IMG/VR virus record: IMGVR_UViG_3300014502_000005
Span: 1-64,000 of that record
Source of the DNA: a virus
Strand: one strand, 5' to 3'
DNA length: 64,000 nt
Shown here: positions 8,700 to 18,870 of the stretch, in pieces
How positions within the stretch are numbered: position 1 is the first letter of the stretch
Layout: the number at the start of each line of letters is the position of its first letter
Position numbers and translations under genes: made by a program
The notes under the pieces: model-generated
Database searches by the model: none
What the model was told of the DNA's origin: nothing
The model's input: only the letters and a program-made list of their open reading frames with translations

Positions 8700-8923
8700 G
8701 TTGTTAATAATTCGTAAGCGGTTACTTTAGCTTTGTCGTGATCTCCGAATACGATAAAACATCTGTCATATTCTGTAGCACAATCGTCCTTAAAACAAGG
8801 GGTTCTTTTGAAAAGGAATTCAATATTTTCTTTTCTTATTTTGCCATTATTAATAGGTTCGTGCCCTGTAATAACACGAAAAGATATATGTAAAAATCTT
8901 CTCGTTCTCCTACTTAATTTCAT
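8696..8923 (-). CDS. Hypothetical protein
   Basis: 75 aa ORF; TATTTTTG promoter at 8952-8959. Confidence 0.6.
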   Translation of the reverse strand: MKLSRRTRRFLHISFRVITGHEPINNGKIRKENIEFLFKRTPCFKDDCATEYDRCFIVFGDHDKAKVTAYELLTT

Positions 8924-9020
8924 ATCCCGTATTTTTTATGAATCCTATTTACAAAAATAGTGTCGTCATTATCATGATGTAAAAACGACATGTTAAAATC
9001 TTTTTTCACTTCTTCAACGC

Positions 9021-9063
9021 AGTGGACTATGCGAATACCTTTTTAATATTCGCATAGTCCACT
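9021..9063. repeat. Perfect 17-bp inverted repeat AGTGGACTATGCGAATA/TATTCGCATAGTCCACT
   Basis: Directly visible; no U-tract on either side. Confidence 0.8.
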
Positions 9064-9106
9064 TGCATAATACAGTTAGCTTCTCGATTTTTACATTTTA
9101 TACATA

Positions 9107-9658
9107 TCATTTTCCATCAATTGCATCCCAAATAAATCCTACTATCTCAGGATTAAACACTTCGCCAATCGCTTTTTTAAAACTAGCGAGTTCCTCAACA
9201 GTAAAATCTTGATCCTGGCTTTCTAATTTCATGGCCAGTTTATAAACACCGTACTTTTCTTCTGGCGTTTTTTTGTCTATACCGGAATTAAGTATTGCAA
9301 ATTTAATAGCTTTTTTAATTGTAAGATTATCTGTAGCCGATTCTCCTTTGATAGTTTTACCATCTAAGCTCAATACTTCTGCATTCAAATCTAATTTGCC
9401 CATATTTTCGTTATTTAAAATTAATGATTTTTTATTTTTACTTCCTTTTGTGCGTGACATAATTATCGTGTTTATGTGATTATTAACCTTATATGGTATA
9501 TCCTCCAGTGACTTTAAATATCCTTCTTCATTTGCTATATAAAGTTGGGATACTATTTCTTCTTCATCTTCTGTTAGTTCTATTCCTGTATGATATTTTA
9601 TAAGTACAGAACTTAATATATTATGAATATGGTCAGTTAAAGTTATTAGTTCGTTCAT
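9107..9658 (-). CDS. Hypothetical protein with internal RTKGSKNKK (AT-hook-like) motif
   Basis: 183 aa ORF; may have an internal start (MSRTKG.. or MGKLDL..). Confidence 0.6.
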   Translation of the reverse strand: MNELITLTDHIHNILSSVLIKYHTGIELTEDEEEIVSQLYIANEEGYLKSLEDIPYKVNNHINTIIMSRTKGSKNKKSLILNNENMGKLDLNAEVLSLDGKTIKGESATDNLTIKKAIKFAILNSGIDKKTPEEKYGVYKLAMKLESQDQDFTVEELASFKKAIGEVFNPEIVGFIWDAIDGK

Positions 9659-9667
9659 ATAATTAAT

Positions 9668-10111
9668 TTAATATCCCCAAACCAGCATCGCAGCGTCTCT
9701 TTGATCTTGATTTGTCTCTTTCATCATTCCGGTTATTTGTCTGAAATATTTTTGATCAACTTTAGAAGCAATTGGTTTTCTTAATTCATAAGGAATATTA
9801 AGATATTGCAACATTTCTTCTATTTTTCGCCCTGTCTCATGATTAGATCCAGTGTTTTTACCAATTCTAGAAGCTACTCCAACTCCTTTTTTTTCATTAT
9901 GCCAATTTGACTTTTTATTTAACCATCCGGCTTCCAAAATTACTTTCATCCCATATTTAGGATTAAATGATTCGTTTTCTTTTTTTAACCAAGATAGGTA
10001 ATCGAAAATTTGAAAAAATGACATATTAGATACTTCTAATATATTTTTTCCTTTTTCGTAAAAAGCTATACCTGATTTATGTATATCTGGATCTATTCCT
10101 ATAAGTATCAT
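9668..10111 (-). CDS. RuvC-like Holliday junction resolvase
   Basis: N-terminal ILIGIDPD...SG, VILE, C-terminal QDQRDAAML acidic catalytic residues. Confidence 0.75.
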   Translation of the reverse strand: MILIGIDPDIHKSGIAFYEKGKNILEVSNMSFFQIFDYLSWLKKENESFNPKYGMKVILEAGWLNKKSNWHNEKKGVGVASRIGKNTGSNHETGRKIEEMLQYLNIPYELRKPIASKVDQKYFRQITGMMKETNQDQRDAAMLVWGY

Positions 10112-10291
10112 ACTTTTAGTTTTAAAAGTAACCTGGGAATCATGCTAAGAACCATTTAATATTATCCCAGGTTACTTATTTTCCCCTTTCGGGTCGGCTG
10201 AGAATTTCTTCTCAAGAATTTTGTCAGCCAATTAATTTTTGTATCTCTTGTTTCCGCTACAAACATACAACATATTTTTGGTAAAAACAAT

Positions 10292-10335
10292 ATGTTATAA
10301 AACATAATAATATTAAATAATTTTACTTATATTTG
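10292..10335 (+). promoter_or_regulatory. ATGTT-N4-AACAT palindrome plus TATATTTG promoter of the rightward operon; divergent TATGTTTG at 10260-10267
   Basis: Motifs sit at the strand switch. Confidence 0.65.
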
Positions 10336-10362
10336 TAGCGTTAATTCTTCATACCATATACC

Positions 10363-10617
10363 ATGATAAACGAAGAACTGCTAATTAAGAGTTTGCAAAA
10401 CGGACTTGAACAATGCCTAAAGATCAAATTACTACATGAATATGCTAACTTTTTTCTAACAGAAGGTTTTGAAAAAGGATACCAAGACCACGAAAAAACA
10501 ATGAGGATATATTATGTAAGACGAAGGCAGGGAGTAATAAAAAGAGTTAACGAATTATTAGACGAAGTTCGGGATAATATCTGGAAACGTAAAGAAGAAT
10601 TAGAAAAACTAAAATGA
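10363..10617 (+). CDS. Hypothetical protein
   Basis: 84 aa ORF. Confidence 0.65.
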   Translation: MINEELLIKSLQNGLEQCLKIKLLHEYANFFLTEGFEKGYQDHEKTMRIYYVRRRQGVIKRVNELLDEVRDNIWKRKEELEKLK

Positions 10618-10856
10618 GTAAAGTAATATATAAAGTTGATTTTGATTATATAAGAACATCGACAAGTATCTTGTACGAGACTTTTATAGTTGACGAATCT
10701 TACCAAGATGAAGACACGGGAGAGAATCATAAGGTTATTTCTATTGAAGAAGTATTTTCTTATGGAGAGCGAACTATAGTAGTTTATTTTGATGATGGAA
10801 TTGAATTAGAAATATTTGACATATTTCATACATACAAGAAACTTTTATTGAACTAA
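10614..10856 (+). CDS. Hypothetical acidic protein
   Basis: 80 aa ORF with ATGA coupling. Confidence 0.65.
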   Translation: MSKVIYKVDFDYIRTSTSILYETFIVDESYQDEDTGENHKVISIEEVFSYGERTIVVYFDDGIELEIFDIFHTYKKLLLN

Positions 10857-11077
10857 TGAAAAAAGTTATTCAGACAAAGGCATGCAAAGGAAAGCTCCAT
10901 AATGGAGAATTGGTCCCTTTAAATGAATTTGTTAAACATAGAAATTACAAAGATGGATATTCTAATATCTGTAAGAAATGCAATAATTTAAAATATAACG
11001 TCACACCTAAAGAAAGAATTTTAAAGGAACTTGATATTATAAACGAGAAACTAGACTATTTAATCGGAGACAAGTAA
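10856..11077 (+). CDS. Small zinc-finger protein
   Basis: C...H...PLNEF...KDGYSNICKKC, similar to the N-terminal finger of HNH/EndoVII proteins. Confidence 0.6.
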   Translation: MKKVIQTKACKGKLHNGELVPLNEFVKHRNYKDGYSNICKKCNNLKYNVTPKERILKELDIINEKLDYLIGDK

Positions 11078-11078
11078 T

Positions 11079-11819
11079 ATGCCAAACGAGATATTTAAAT
11101 TAACCGCCGAGGAATTTAACCGCATTAAATTACTCAACAATAATGTAGCTATCGAAATAGTGCATCGTAATGAAGATGAAAAAACTAAGTCTGGGCTTAT
11201 AATTATACAAGACCCTGATCTTTTTACCGCAAAAGACATAAAGACTGCGGAGGAGTATGACACTTCTCAGCATCTTGATAGGTGGGGAGTTGTTGCTAAA
11301 TTGCCAGATAAACTTCATTTTACGCCTAAGGAACAAAGCAGCCCATGGAAATGTGATTGGGAGACAGAAATAGAAGTTCGGATAGGAGATGAGGTTTGGG
11401 CCAACTATTATGATTTACATCATTGTCCTATATTTAGGGTAGAAGGGCGCGACTACTGGATTATTCAATATCAGGCATTGATTGTTGCTAAAAGGAATTA
11501 TACTGACTTGACAAGTCAAACTATTCTTTTGAATGGATACTGTTTATTCGAACAAATAAACGAAGGGCTTAAATCTAAATTTCTTATTCTTGATGAAAAG
11601 ATAAACAAATCAAAAGGCATAGTCAAGCATGTAGGGAGTTTAAATAAAAACTATTGCTATGCAAATAGGTCTGATGACGTTGAAGTTAATCCGGGGGACG
11701 AAGTTATATTCAGAACAGAAGCCGAATGCCTTTTAGAAAATTCCCAGCATAGACATTTCGAAGATTGTAATTTAAGATACGAACAACGATTTAATATTCA
11801 GGCAATAAAAATTAATTAA
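11079..11819 (+). CDS. GroES/Cpn10-like co-chaperonin, tandem two-domain
   Basis: IKLLNNNVAIE...KTKSGLII...EVRIGDEV and a second copy LLNGYCLFE...GIVKHVG...VNPGDEVIF. Confidence 0.7.
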   Translation: MPNEIFKLTAEEFNRIKLLNNNVAIEIVHRNEDEKTKSGLIIIQDPDLFTAKDIKTAEEYDTSQHLDRWGVVAKLPDKLHFTPKEQSSPWKCDWETEIEVRIGDEVWANYYDLHHCPIFRVEGRDYWIIQYQALIVAKRNYTDLTSQTILLNGYCLFEQINEGLKSKFLILDEKINKSKGIVKHVGSLNKNYCYANRSDDVEVNPGDEVIFRTEAECLLENSQHRHFEDCNLRYEQRFNIQAIKIN

Positions 11820-11941
11820 CATGTGGACAGAAACGTTCTATCCATTTTTTGAAATATACACAGTTGATATAACAAGTCAAATAGACTGGCAATATGAATA
11901 CGTTGAAGAAAATATTGCCGTTTTTTAGGCGGCAATATCTA

Positions 11942-12196
11942 CTAAGTAAGAGCTGCAATAGCAGTGACATCTTGAGTAACCCAAAAAGTTACTGTAGAGG
12001 CCGAGTCTCCGGCTGTTCCGGCAACTTTAATCATGCTATTGACAAGATAATCATAACCATTATCCACCTTACAAACAGATGGTGTAGCATAGATTATCCT
12101 AGAAGTTTCAATGACCTGGCTTTCGGAAGCAAATGTTTTTCCAGAGCCAAGACTACCTTCTTTTCTTTTTCGAACTGTGATCGTTGTGAGTGCCAT
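11942..12196 (-). CDS. Small beta-rich protein (MALTTITVRKRK...), possibly virion-associated
   Basis: Lone antisense gene with own TAAATTTG promoter (12221-12228), which favours the ATG at 12196 over the TTG at 12223. Confidence 0.6.
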   Translation of the reverse strand: MALTTITVRKRKEGSLGSGKTFASESQVIETSRIIYATPSVCKVDNGYDYLVNSMIKVAGTAGDSASTVTFWVTQDVTAIAALT

Positions 12197-12255
12197 AATA
12201 AAAATTATTAAATTATTCAACAAATTTACTGAAAAATTTGAATATTATTTAAGAT

Positions 12256-12573
12256 ATGAAAGTTGAAAAATTAAATACGATGACACGGGGATGGTTTATG
12301 GGAAACTTTGAACCATCTATGTATAAAGGTGATTTCGAAGTTGGCGCTAAAGATTATAAAAAGGGGGATATTGAATTAGCTCATATACATAAATTAGCAA
12401 AAGAATTTACAGTCTTACTTTCTGGCAAGGCTAGGATGAATAATATTTATCTTGAAAAAGGCGATATAATACAGATAGATGAATTTGAATTAACTGACTT
12501 TGAATGCATAGAAGATTGCATAACTTTAGTTGTTAAAACTAAAAGCGTCCAAAACGATAAATATGAATTATGA
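12256..12573 (+). CDS. Cupin-fold protein of sugar biosynthesis loci
   Basis: GWFMGNFEPS, HIHKLAKE cupin metal motif. Confidence 0.75.
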   Translation: MKVEKLNTMTRGWFMGNFEPSMYKGDFEVGAKDYKKGDIELAHIHKLAKEFTVLLSGKARMNNIYLEKGDIIQIDEFELTDFECIEDCITLVVKTKSVQNDKYEL

Positions 12574-13937
12574 TAAAACTAGTTATATTTGACCTTGATG
12601 GTGTATTAATAGATACTAGGGACTTACACTACAAGTTACTAAACAAAGCATTATTTTGTGAAGATAAAAAATACGTCATATTTCATTCTGAGCATCTTCT
12701 TAAATTTGATGGAAAATCAACGTATAAAAAATTAGAGATCCTTTCTAAAGAAAGGGGATTGCCAATAGAAAGCCATAGAAGGATATGGGAAATGAAGCAA
12801 AAACTTACTATTGACTGCCTTCTGGACACTATTGTAGAAGATGAAAAAATAATAGGCATTATTAAGCAATTAAAAAAAGATGGGATTAAAGTTTATGTCG
12901 CTTCGAACTCAATAAAAGAAACCGTAGAAGTTTCTATCTATAAATTAGGCATAACAGAAATGATAGACGGTTATTTATCTAATGAGGATGTAAAAAACAT
13001 AAAGCCCCATCCAGAAATGTATATGAAATGCATGATAAATGAATCAGTATTGCCATCGGAAACATTAATAATAGAAGACTCTTATATTGGCAGGAAGTCG
13101 GCAGTGTCATCGGGAGCTAATCTATGCCCTGTTAAAGATATGAAAGATGTTACTTTAGAAAGAGTCTACAAATATATTAATCGAGAAGTGAATGATATTA
13201 AATGGTCGGACGATAAAATGAACATCTTAATACCCATGGCCGGATGGGGGTCTCGTTTTGAAAAAGCAGGATACTCGTTCCCTAAGCATCTTATAGATGT
13301 TAATGGGAAACCTATGATACAAGTTGTTGTCGAGAACCTTAATATTGATGCTAACTTTATTTACGTAGTTAGAAAAGATCACTATGATAAATATAATTTA
13401 GAATCATTCTTAAAAGTACTTACCCCAAATTGCAAAATAGTTATTACTTATAATGTAACTGAAGGCGCTTGTTGCACTACGTTATTAGCAGAAAAATATA
13501 TAAATAACGACAATCCATTATTGATCGTAAACTCAGACCAATTCATAGAATGGAATTCTGGAGAATTTTATCATTCTTTAAATACTAATAATATAGATGG
13601 TAGCATTTTGACGTTTAAAAATATGCACCCTAAGTGGAGTTACGTTAAATGTGATGATTATGGTAACGTTACTGAATTAAAAGAAAAGGAAGTTATAAGT
13701 AATAAGGCTACAGTTGGTATATATTATTGGGCAAAAGGCTCAGACTATGTAAAATATTCCAATCAGATGATAGAAAAAGATTTGAGGGTTAAAGGAGAAT
13801 TCTATGTAGCCCCAGTCTACAACGAGGCAATAGCTGATGGTAAAATAATAAAAACATATAATATTGATAAAATGTTTGGACTTGGCACCCCAGAAGATCT
13901 TGACTATTTTATAAAAAATCATCGACATGAAAATTAA
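12570..13937 (+). CDS. HAD phosphatase fused to sugar-phosphate nucleotidyltransferase
   Basis: FDLDGVL, KPHPE, IEDS (HAD); IPMAGWGSRF...PKHLI, NSDQ, GLGTPEDL (NTP transferase). Confidence 0.9.
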   Translation: MIKLVIFDLDGVLIDTRDLHYKLLNKALFCEDKKYVIFHSEHLLKFDGKSTYKKLEILSKERGLPIESHRRIWEMKQKLTIDCLLDTIVEDEKIIGIIKQLKKDGIKVYVASNSIKETVEVSIYKLGITEMIDGYLSNEDVKNIKPHPEMYMKCMINESVLPSETLIIEDSYIGRKSAVSSGANLCPVKDMKDVTLERVYKYINREVNDIKWSDDKMNILIPMAGWGSRFEKAGYSFPKHLIDVNGKPMIQVVVENLNIDANFIYVVRKDHYDKYNLESFLKVLTPNCKIVITYNVTEGACCTTLLAEKYINNDNPLLIVNSDQFIEWNSGEFYHSLNTNNIDGSILTFKNMHPKWSYVKCDDYGNVTELKEKEVISNKATVGIYYWAKGSDYVKYSNQMIEKDLRVKGEFYVAPVYNEAIADGKIIKTYNIDKMFGLGTPEDLDYFIKNHRHEN

Positions 13938-14748
13938 AGCATACTTCGTTACTTATAAAAATAATGACGAATTAAATAAAACTTTGATGTCATTTAAAGA
14001 AAGTGGCATTACTAACTATGATTACGAAATAAACATAGTCAACAACGCTTCTGATTATCCGGTTGTTGTTAGCGACTTCTTTGGATTAAAATATAGAATT
14101 ATCAAAAATGAAACAAGGCCATCATTTTCAACAGGTCATTTAGCTAGAAACTGGAACGAATGTTTGATTGATGGATTTAGGGATCCAGAAAATCCAGATT
14201 GTGATATTGTTATTCTTAGTCAAAATGACAATACATTTCATCCTAATGTAATAGACATGCTAGTAGAAGCCCATAAAAAATATTCATTTATACAAAATGG
14301 AGCAGGAGATTCTTTTCACAGTTACACTATTGATTCAGTAAAAAAAGTTGGGTTGTGGGATGAAAGATTTTGTGGAATAGGGTTTCAGGAAGGAGACTAT
14401 CTATTAAGACAAGTACTTTTCAACAAAGAAAATAGTAGCATTACCGATGTAGTACATAATAGAATGCATAATGAACTTAATTTTAATATAATAGATTACT
14501 GTAAGCCTACAGGGTTTATGCGAAGCGATATTCATCATCACGCTTCCTTAAAATATCATTTTGTATCGGGAGATTTATTTATGCTTAAATGGAAGGGGAA
14601 CGAGTCAAGAGATTGTCCTTGGCAATACTGGGATGAACAATCATTAAATAGATTTTACATAGATCGCCCCCAGCACATACTGTATCCATATTTTGAATGG
14701 TCATTTGTCAAAGGTAATTTAAACTACTATCAATATAAAGGATACTAA
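13927..14748 (+). CDS. GT-A fold glycosyltransferase-like protein
   Basis: FVTYKN, LARNWN, QND, VGLWDERF motifs. Confidence 0.7.
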   Translation: MKIKAYFVTYKNNDELNKTLMSFKESGITNYDYEINIVNNASDYPVVVSDFFGLKYRIIKNETRPSFSTGHLARNWNECLIDGFRDPENPDCDIVILSQNDNTFHPNVIDMLVEAHKKYSFIQNGAGDSFHSYTIDSVKKVGLWDERFCGIGFQEGDYLLRQVLFNKENSSITDVVHNRMHNELNFNIIDYCKPTGFMRSDIHHHASLKYHFVSGDLFMLKWKGNESRDCPWQYWDEQSLNRFYIDRPQHILYPYFEWSFVKGNLNYYQYKGY

Positions 14749-15183
14749 ATGAAAATAATAAGCCATAGGGGGAATATAAATGGAGAAAATCCATCGATGG
14801 AAAATAAGCCAGAATATATATTGAAAGCATTAGAAGAAGGTTTTGATGTAGAAATAGATGTCTGGAAAATTGGGCTAAACTTATTATTAGGGCATGACAA
14901 CCCTAGTAATACAATAGATTTTAATTTTTTATCGACTCCTGGGTTATGGATACATTGCAAAAATATAGAATGTATTGAATATTTAATAAATATAAATAGG
15001 CTAAATATATTTTGGCATCAAAAGGACGATATAGCTATGACTAGTAACAAATTCTTATGGACATATCCAGGCAAGAAACTAACAAGTAAGTCTATAGCTG
15101 TTTTGCCAGAAAAAACATTTGACTGGAATATTGAAAATGCTTATGGAGTTTGCACTAATTATCCATTAAAATATAAAAAGTGA
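14749..15183 (+). CDS. Short glycerophosphodiester phosphodiesterase (GDPD)-like protein
   Basis: ISHRGN...EN...GFDVEIDV...LGHD, WIHCKN. Confidence 0.85.
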   Translation: MKIISHRGNINGENPSMENKPEYILKALEEGFDVEIDVWKIGLNLLLGHDNPSNTIDFNFLSTPGLWIHCKNIECIEYLININRLNIFWHQKDDIAMTSNKFLWTYPGKKLTSKSIAVLPEKTFDWNIENAYGVCTNYPLKYKK

Positions 15184-15791
15184 AGGTAGCTGTATTATAT
15201 AGTGGAGCTTTAAGGACTTGGGACGAATGTAGGGAAAACCAAATAAATAACATTCTTACAGAAGGAGTAGATTCGTATTTTTATACAGACGAAGAGCCGA
15301 AAGGAATAAAATATACACAATACGTACAAATACCAGAAAGGTATTATAACGAAATAGACCATAGGTATGATGCGGATAAAAATCCAATAACTAATACTTC
15401 TAATACGCTAGGGATGTGGCATAATATGTTTGTAGGATGGTGTTTAGTGCCTAAAACTTATGATGTTTATGTTAAATCCAGATGTGATATAATACTGTCC
15501 CAGAAGATAAATTTTGAACTATTCGATGTAAGCGGTAATGATATTTATATCCCAATTGAAGGAGATTTTTGTGGTGGGGTAAATGACCGTTTCGCTATTG
15601 GAAATTATGAAATAATGAAAAAGTATTTCAGTATTTATATAGAGCACCAAAATCTTTTTCAGTCAGGGCTAACTTTTCATACAGAATATTATTTAACAGA
15701 AAACTTGAAAAGAAAAGGAGTTAATATTATAAGATTCAGTATAAAAGATACAATAATAAGAGGTGAACCAAGTAAAAGAAACGTGGCATGA
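15180..15791 (+). CDS. Putative glycosyltransferase-like protein
   Basis: KVAVLYSGALR, YDVYVKSRCD, GVNDRFAIG, HTE motifs. Confidence 0.6.
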   Translation: MKVAVLYSGALRTWDECRENQINNILTEGVDSYFYTDEEPKGIKYTQYVQIPERYYNEIDHRYDADKNPITNTSNTLGMWHNMFVGWCLVPKTYDVYVKSRCDIILSQKINFELFDVSGNDIYIPIEGDFCGGVNDRFAIGNYEIMKKYFSIYIEHQNLFQSGLTFHTEYYLTENLKRKGVNIIRFSIKDTIIRGEPSKRNVA

Positions 15792-16405
15792 ATATAGTAA
15801 TACCAATAAACGGAAAAAACGAAAGGATGGGTCAGTTATTTAAAACCCCTAAGCATCTATTGTTATATAAAGGAGTTCCGGCAATACAGAGAACTATCTC
15901 TTATTTAAAGTTAAAATTCTCTGATTCAAATATAACAATACTTGCAAATAGGTCTTACATAGATGAATTAGAGCCGTATTCAAAAGAAGTGGACTTAATA
16001 AAAGTAGGAACAACTAATTCCCATGTAGAAACTTTATTGCAATATACATTGTTGGCATCAGGCGATATTATGTTTATAGATTGTGATATAATTCCAATGA
16101 ACATTAATACTCCTTTTTGTAATACAGTATATGGTTTTAATAATAAAAGTGGTAGTAAGCAATATTCTAATTATACTGTTAATGGCGACTCTATCATTGA
16201 TTGTAATGAAAAAGATGAAACTTCTAAGTACGCGGGCGCAGGAATTTATTATTTTGATGACATAGAAGCTTTTAATATTAGTGCATCTGGAGAAACTAGC
16301 ATTTCTAGGGTTATAAAAAAAATGATACTAACAGGTATTTATTTTAAATTCGATATAGACAATACAATATTCAGGTTTGGAACTTTAAATGACATAGTAT
16401 CATGA
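15788..16405 (+). CDS. Sugar-phosphate nucleotidyltransferase-like protein
   Basis: IVIPINGKNERM...PKHLL, DCD, GIYYF, FGT. Confidence 0.8.
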   Translation: MNIVIPINGKNERMGQLFKTPKHLLLYKGVPAIQRTISYLKLKFSDSNITILANRSYIDELEPYSKEVDLIKVGTTNSHVETLLQYTLLASGDIMFIDCDIIPMNINTPFCNTVYGFNNKSGSKQYSNYTVNGDSIIDCNEKDETSKYAGAGIYYFDDIEAFNISASGETSISRVIKKMILTGIYFKFDIDNTIFRFGTLNDIVS

Positions 16406-17367
16406 CTGTATCTGTAGATTTTGATGGAACTTTATGTTTAGGACTTGATTTTGAAATAAAAAATAAAACTCCTAATACTATATTGATAGGTAAAATAAAT
16501 TATTTAAAATCAAAAGGTAATTATATAAAAATAGTCACTGCAAGAGGATCTTATAATACTTCAATAGAAGAAAGGACTAAAAAGTATTATAATATAATTA
16601 AAGATTACCTCGATAAAAATGGCGTTAACTATGATGAAATATCATTCAACAAGGAATTTGCCGATATATATATAGACGATTTGGCTATACGTCCAGAAGA
16701 AGTTACGATAACTAAAGATTTAAGTTCTTCATTTACCGATAATGTAGTTACAAGAATAAATGATACAGTCATAAAATCAGGTAAGACAATCGAAAAAGAA
16801 TATGAATGGTATAAATCATATTTACATAAAAAAGATATTCCAGAAATACTAAACGTAACTAGGCATTCCATCGTATATAAGTACATAGAATCTTATGGGA
16901 AATTGAATTATGATTCACTATTTGACAAAATAGATAGGTATAAAGATTACGACCCATTAAATAACCTAACATTTAATTCGTATATAATTAATATTAACGA
17001 TCACATTATAAGTAATCAAATACTTATAGATTATAAAAAATTAATATATATGTTGCAAGAAATAAATATTGAACCCTCATTTGCTCACGGAGATCTTAGT
17101 ATAACTAACATTATACCTACAGAAAATGGAATTAAGTTTATAGACCCATTATACAATAAAGATAAATTTGGCAGCTATATAATCGATTTTGCCAAGTTAC
17201 TATTCAGTGTAAAATTCTACCTTGGGGATGTGAAATTATTTGAAGAGCTAAAATCAAAAATAAACATAGGTTACATAGATACTTTGATCGCTTCTGAATG
17301 TGTGAGAGTGGCATCTTATAAACAACAATATAATTTTATCGCAGAAAACTTAATAAATGAATTATAA
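16402..17367 (+). CDS. HAD (capsule-biosynthesis-type) phosphatase fused to an APH/choline-kinase-like phosphotransferase
   Basis: VDFDGTL, TARG, YIDDLA; HGDLSITNI, FIDP, DFAKL. Confidence 0.85.
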   Translation: MTVSVDFDGTLCLGLDFEIKNKTPNTILIGKINYLKSKGNYIKIVTARGSYNTSIEERTKKYYNIIKDYLDKNGVNYDEISFNKEFADIYIDDLAIRPEEVTITKDLSSSFTDNVVTRINDTVIKSGKTIEKEYEWYKSYLHKKDIPEILNVTRHSIVYKYIESYGKLNYDSLFDKIDRYKDYDPLNNLTFNSYIININDHIISNQILIDYKKLIYMLQEINIEPSFAHGDLSITNIIPTENGIKFIDPLYNKDKFGSYIIDFAKLLFSVKFYLGDVKLFEELKSKINIGYIDTLIASECVRVASYKQQYNFIAENLINEL

Positions 17368-17885
17368 TGGAACATATTAATGAAAATTTTATTGGTTGGT
17401 TTACTTATCCTCGTATTTATAAAGATATGGTGGAAAAATTCCCGTCGGGAAGTAATTTTGTCGAGATCGGGACTTATCATGGCAGGTCGTTATCTTATTT
17501 GATCGTTGAAATGATTAACGCTGGTAAAAGTTTTAATATTACTGGAGTTGATTCTTTTACTTTTGAAAAACAACTAGAGACGTTTGAGGGAAACATGCAG
17601 CCTATAATAGATAAATTCGACGTAATAATAGATCAGAGTTGGAACGCAGATAATTATTTTGATGACGAATCTATTGATTTTGTGTTTATTGATGCTGATC
17701 ATGTTTATGAAAGTGTTAAAAAAGATATATTAGCTTGGTGGCCTAAAGTTAAAAAAGGTGGTATTCTAGCTGGGCATGACCTGTGTTCAGAGCATATTGG
17801 GGTAGAACAGGCGGTAGTTGAAATTTTCGGTAATGATTGGGATAAAATTTATTTAGATGAACTTTGTTGGTTAATGAAAAAGTAA
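17367..17885 (+). CDS. Class I SAM-dependent methyltransferase (Methyltransf_24-like)
   Basis: VEIGTYHGRS, DFVFIDADHVYE, GGILAGHD. Confidence 0.88.
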   Translation: MEHINENFIGWFTYPRIYKDMVEKFPSGSNFVEIGTYHGRSLSYLIVEMINAGKSFNITGVDSFTFEKQLETFEGNMQPIIDKFDVIIDQSWNADNYFDDESIDFVFIDADHVYESVKKDILAWWPKVKKGGILAGHDLCSEHIGVEQAVVEIFGNDWDKIYLDELCWLMKK

Positions 17886-17886
17886 A

Positions 17887-18870
17887 ATGAATAAAATACC
17901 AGTAATATTAGAATATCCAGATCAAATATCTTCTGTATGCTCTTTTTGGAGGTCAAGAGGCGTATTGTCTGAACTTGCAAAAGAAGGCCACATAGGGTTA
18001 ATAGAAGGTCAATGGGATGATAATTGGACAACTATACGTTCATGTGACATTGCCTTTTTTCAACGGCCAATGAACAAAGATTGTCTGAACCAAATAATGA
18101 AATGCAAAGACTTAGGATTAAAAATTTGGATGGACTTTGATGATACTTTTGAAATCCCCCCATCCCACGAAGTTTATGATTTATGGACTAAAATATTTGA
18201 TGAAAAAGTATTCTTTAAAATGTTAATGTTAGCAGACGTAGTAACAGTTACTACAGAAAATTTAAAGAATTTTTATCTGAAATATTCAAATGATGTTGTT
18301 GTAATTCCAAATGCTATAAATGATAAATTTCTTAAATTTAGAAGGCCATCAAATAATAAAGTAGTCTTAATAAGGGCTGGTAAACATCACTTACCTGACA
18401 TATGGGAGTATAAAAATGAGATTATACAAGTAATGAATAATCACCCCGATTGGAAACTAGTCGTTTTAGGGTGTGAAATTAAGTTCTTGTCAAACAAAAT
18501 TAAAAACTATGAATATGGAGGAGATTTTGATATTCACCAATATTTCGGATATATTCTAACAACCCAACCATCTATTTTTATAGTACCTTTATTAGACAAT
18601 GAATTAAATAGGGGAAAATCAAATATTAGTTGGCAAGAAGCTACGTTGTGCGGAGCGGTGTCTTTAGTCCCAGACTATTGGAAATTAAAAAAGTATTCGG
18701 GAACATATAAGGACAAAAAAACGTTCAAACAATATTTTGAAGAACTTGTGTTTAACAAAGAATTAAGAATTGGATTATACAACAATTCTTTAAGTAAAGT
18801 TAAGAAGGATTTTTTATTATCAAAAGTAAATAAACAAAGATTGCAAATAATTAAAAATTTAATGAAATGA
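17887..18870 (+). CDS. GT-B fold glycosyltransferase
   Basis: FFQR, DFDD, ADVVTVTT..L, VIPNAI, PL.DN..N.GKSNI..QE. Confidence 0.8.
   Translation: MNKIPVILEYPDQISSVCSFWRSRGVLSELAKEGHIGLIEGQWDDNWTTIRSCDIAFFQRPMNKDCLNQIMKCKDLGLKIWMDFDDTFEIPPSHEVYDLWTKIFDEKVFFKMLMLADVVTVTTENLKNFYLKYSNDVVVIPNAINDKFLKFRRPSNNKVVLIRAGKHHLPDIWEYKNEIIQVMNNHPDWKLVVLGCEIKFLSNKIKNYEYGGDFDIHQYFGYILTTQPSIFIVPLLDNELNRGKSNISWQEATLCGAVSLVPDYWKLKKYSGTYKDKKTFKQYFEELVFNKELRIGLYNNSLSKVKKDFLLSKVNKQRLQIIKNLMK

Noticed and set aside
11894-12211. Plus-strand 105-aa ORF
   Set aside because: Shadow of the minus-strand gene, which has its own promoter and more protein-like composition
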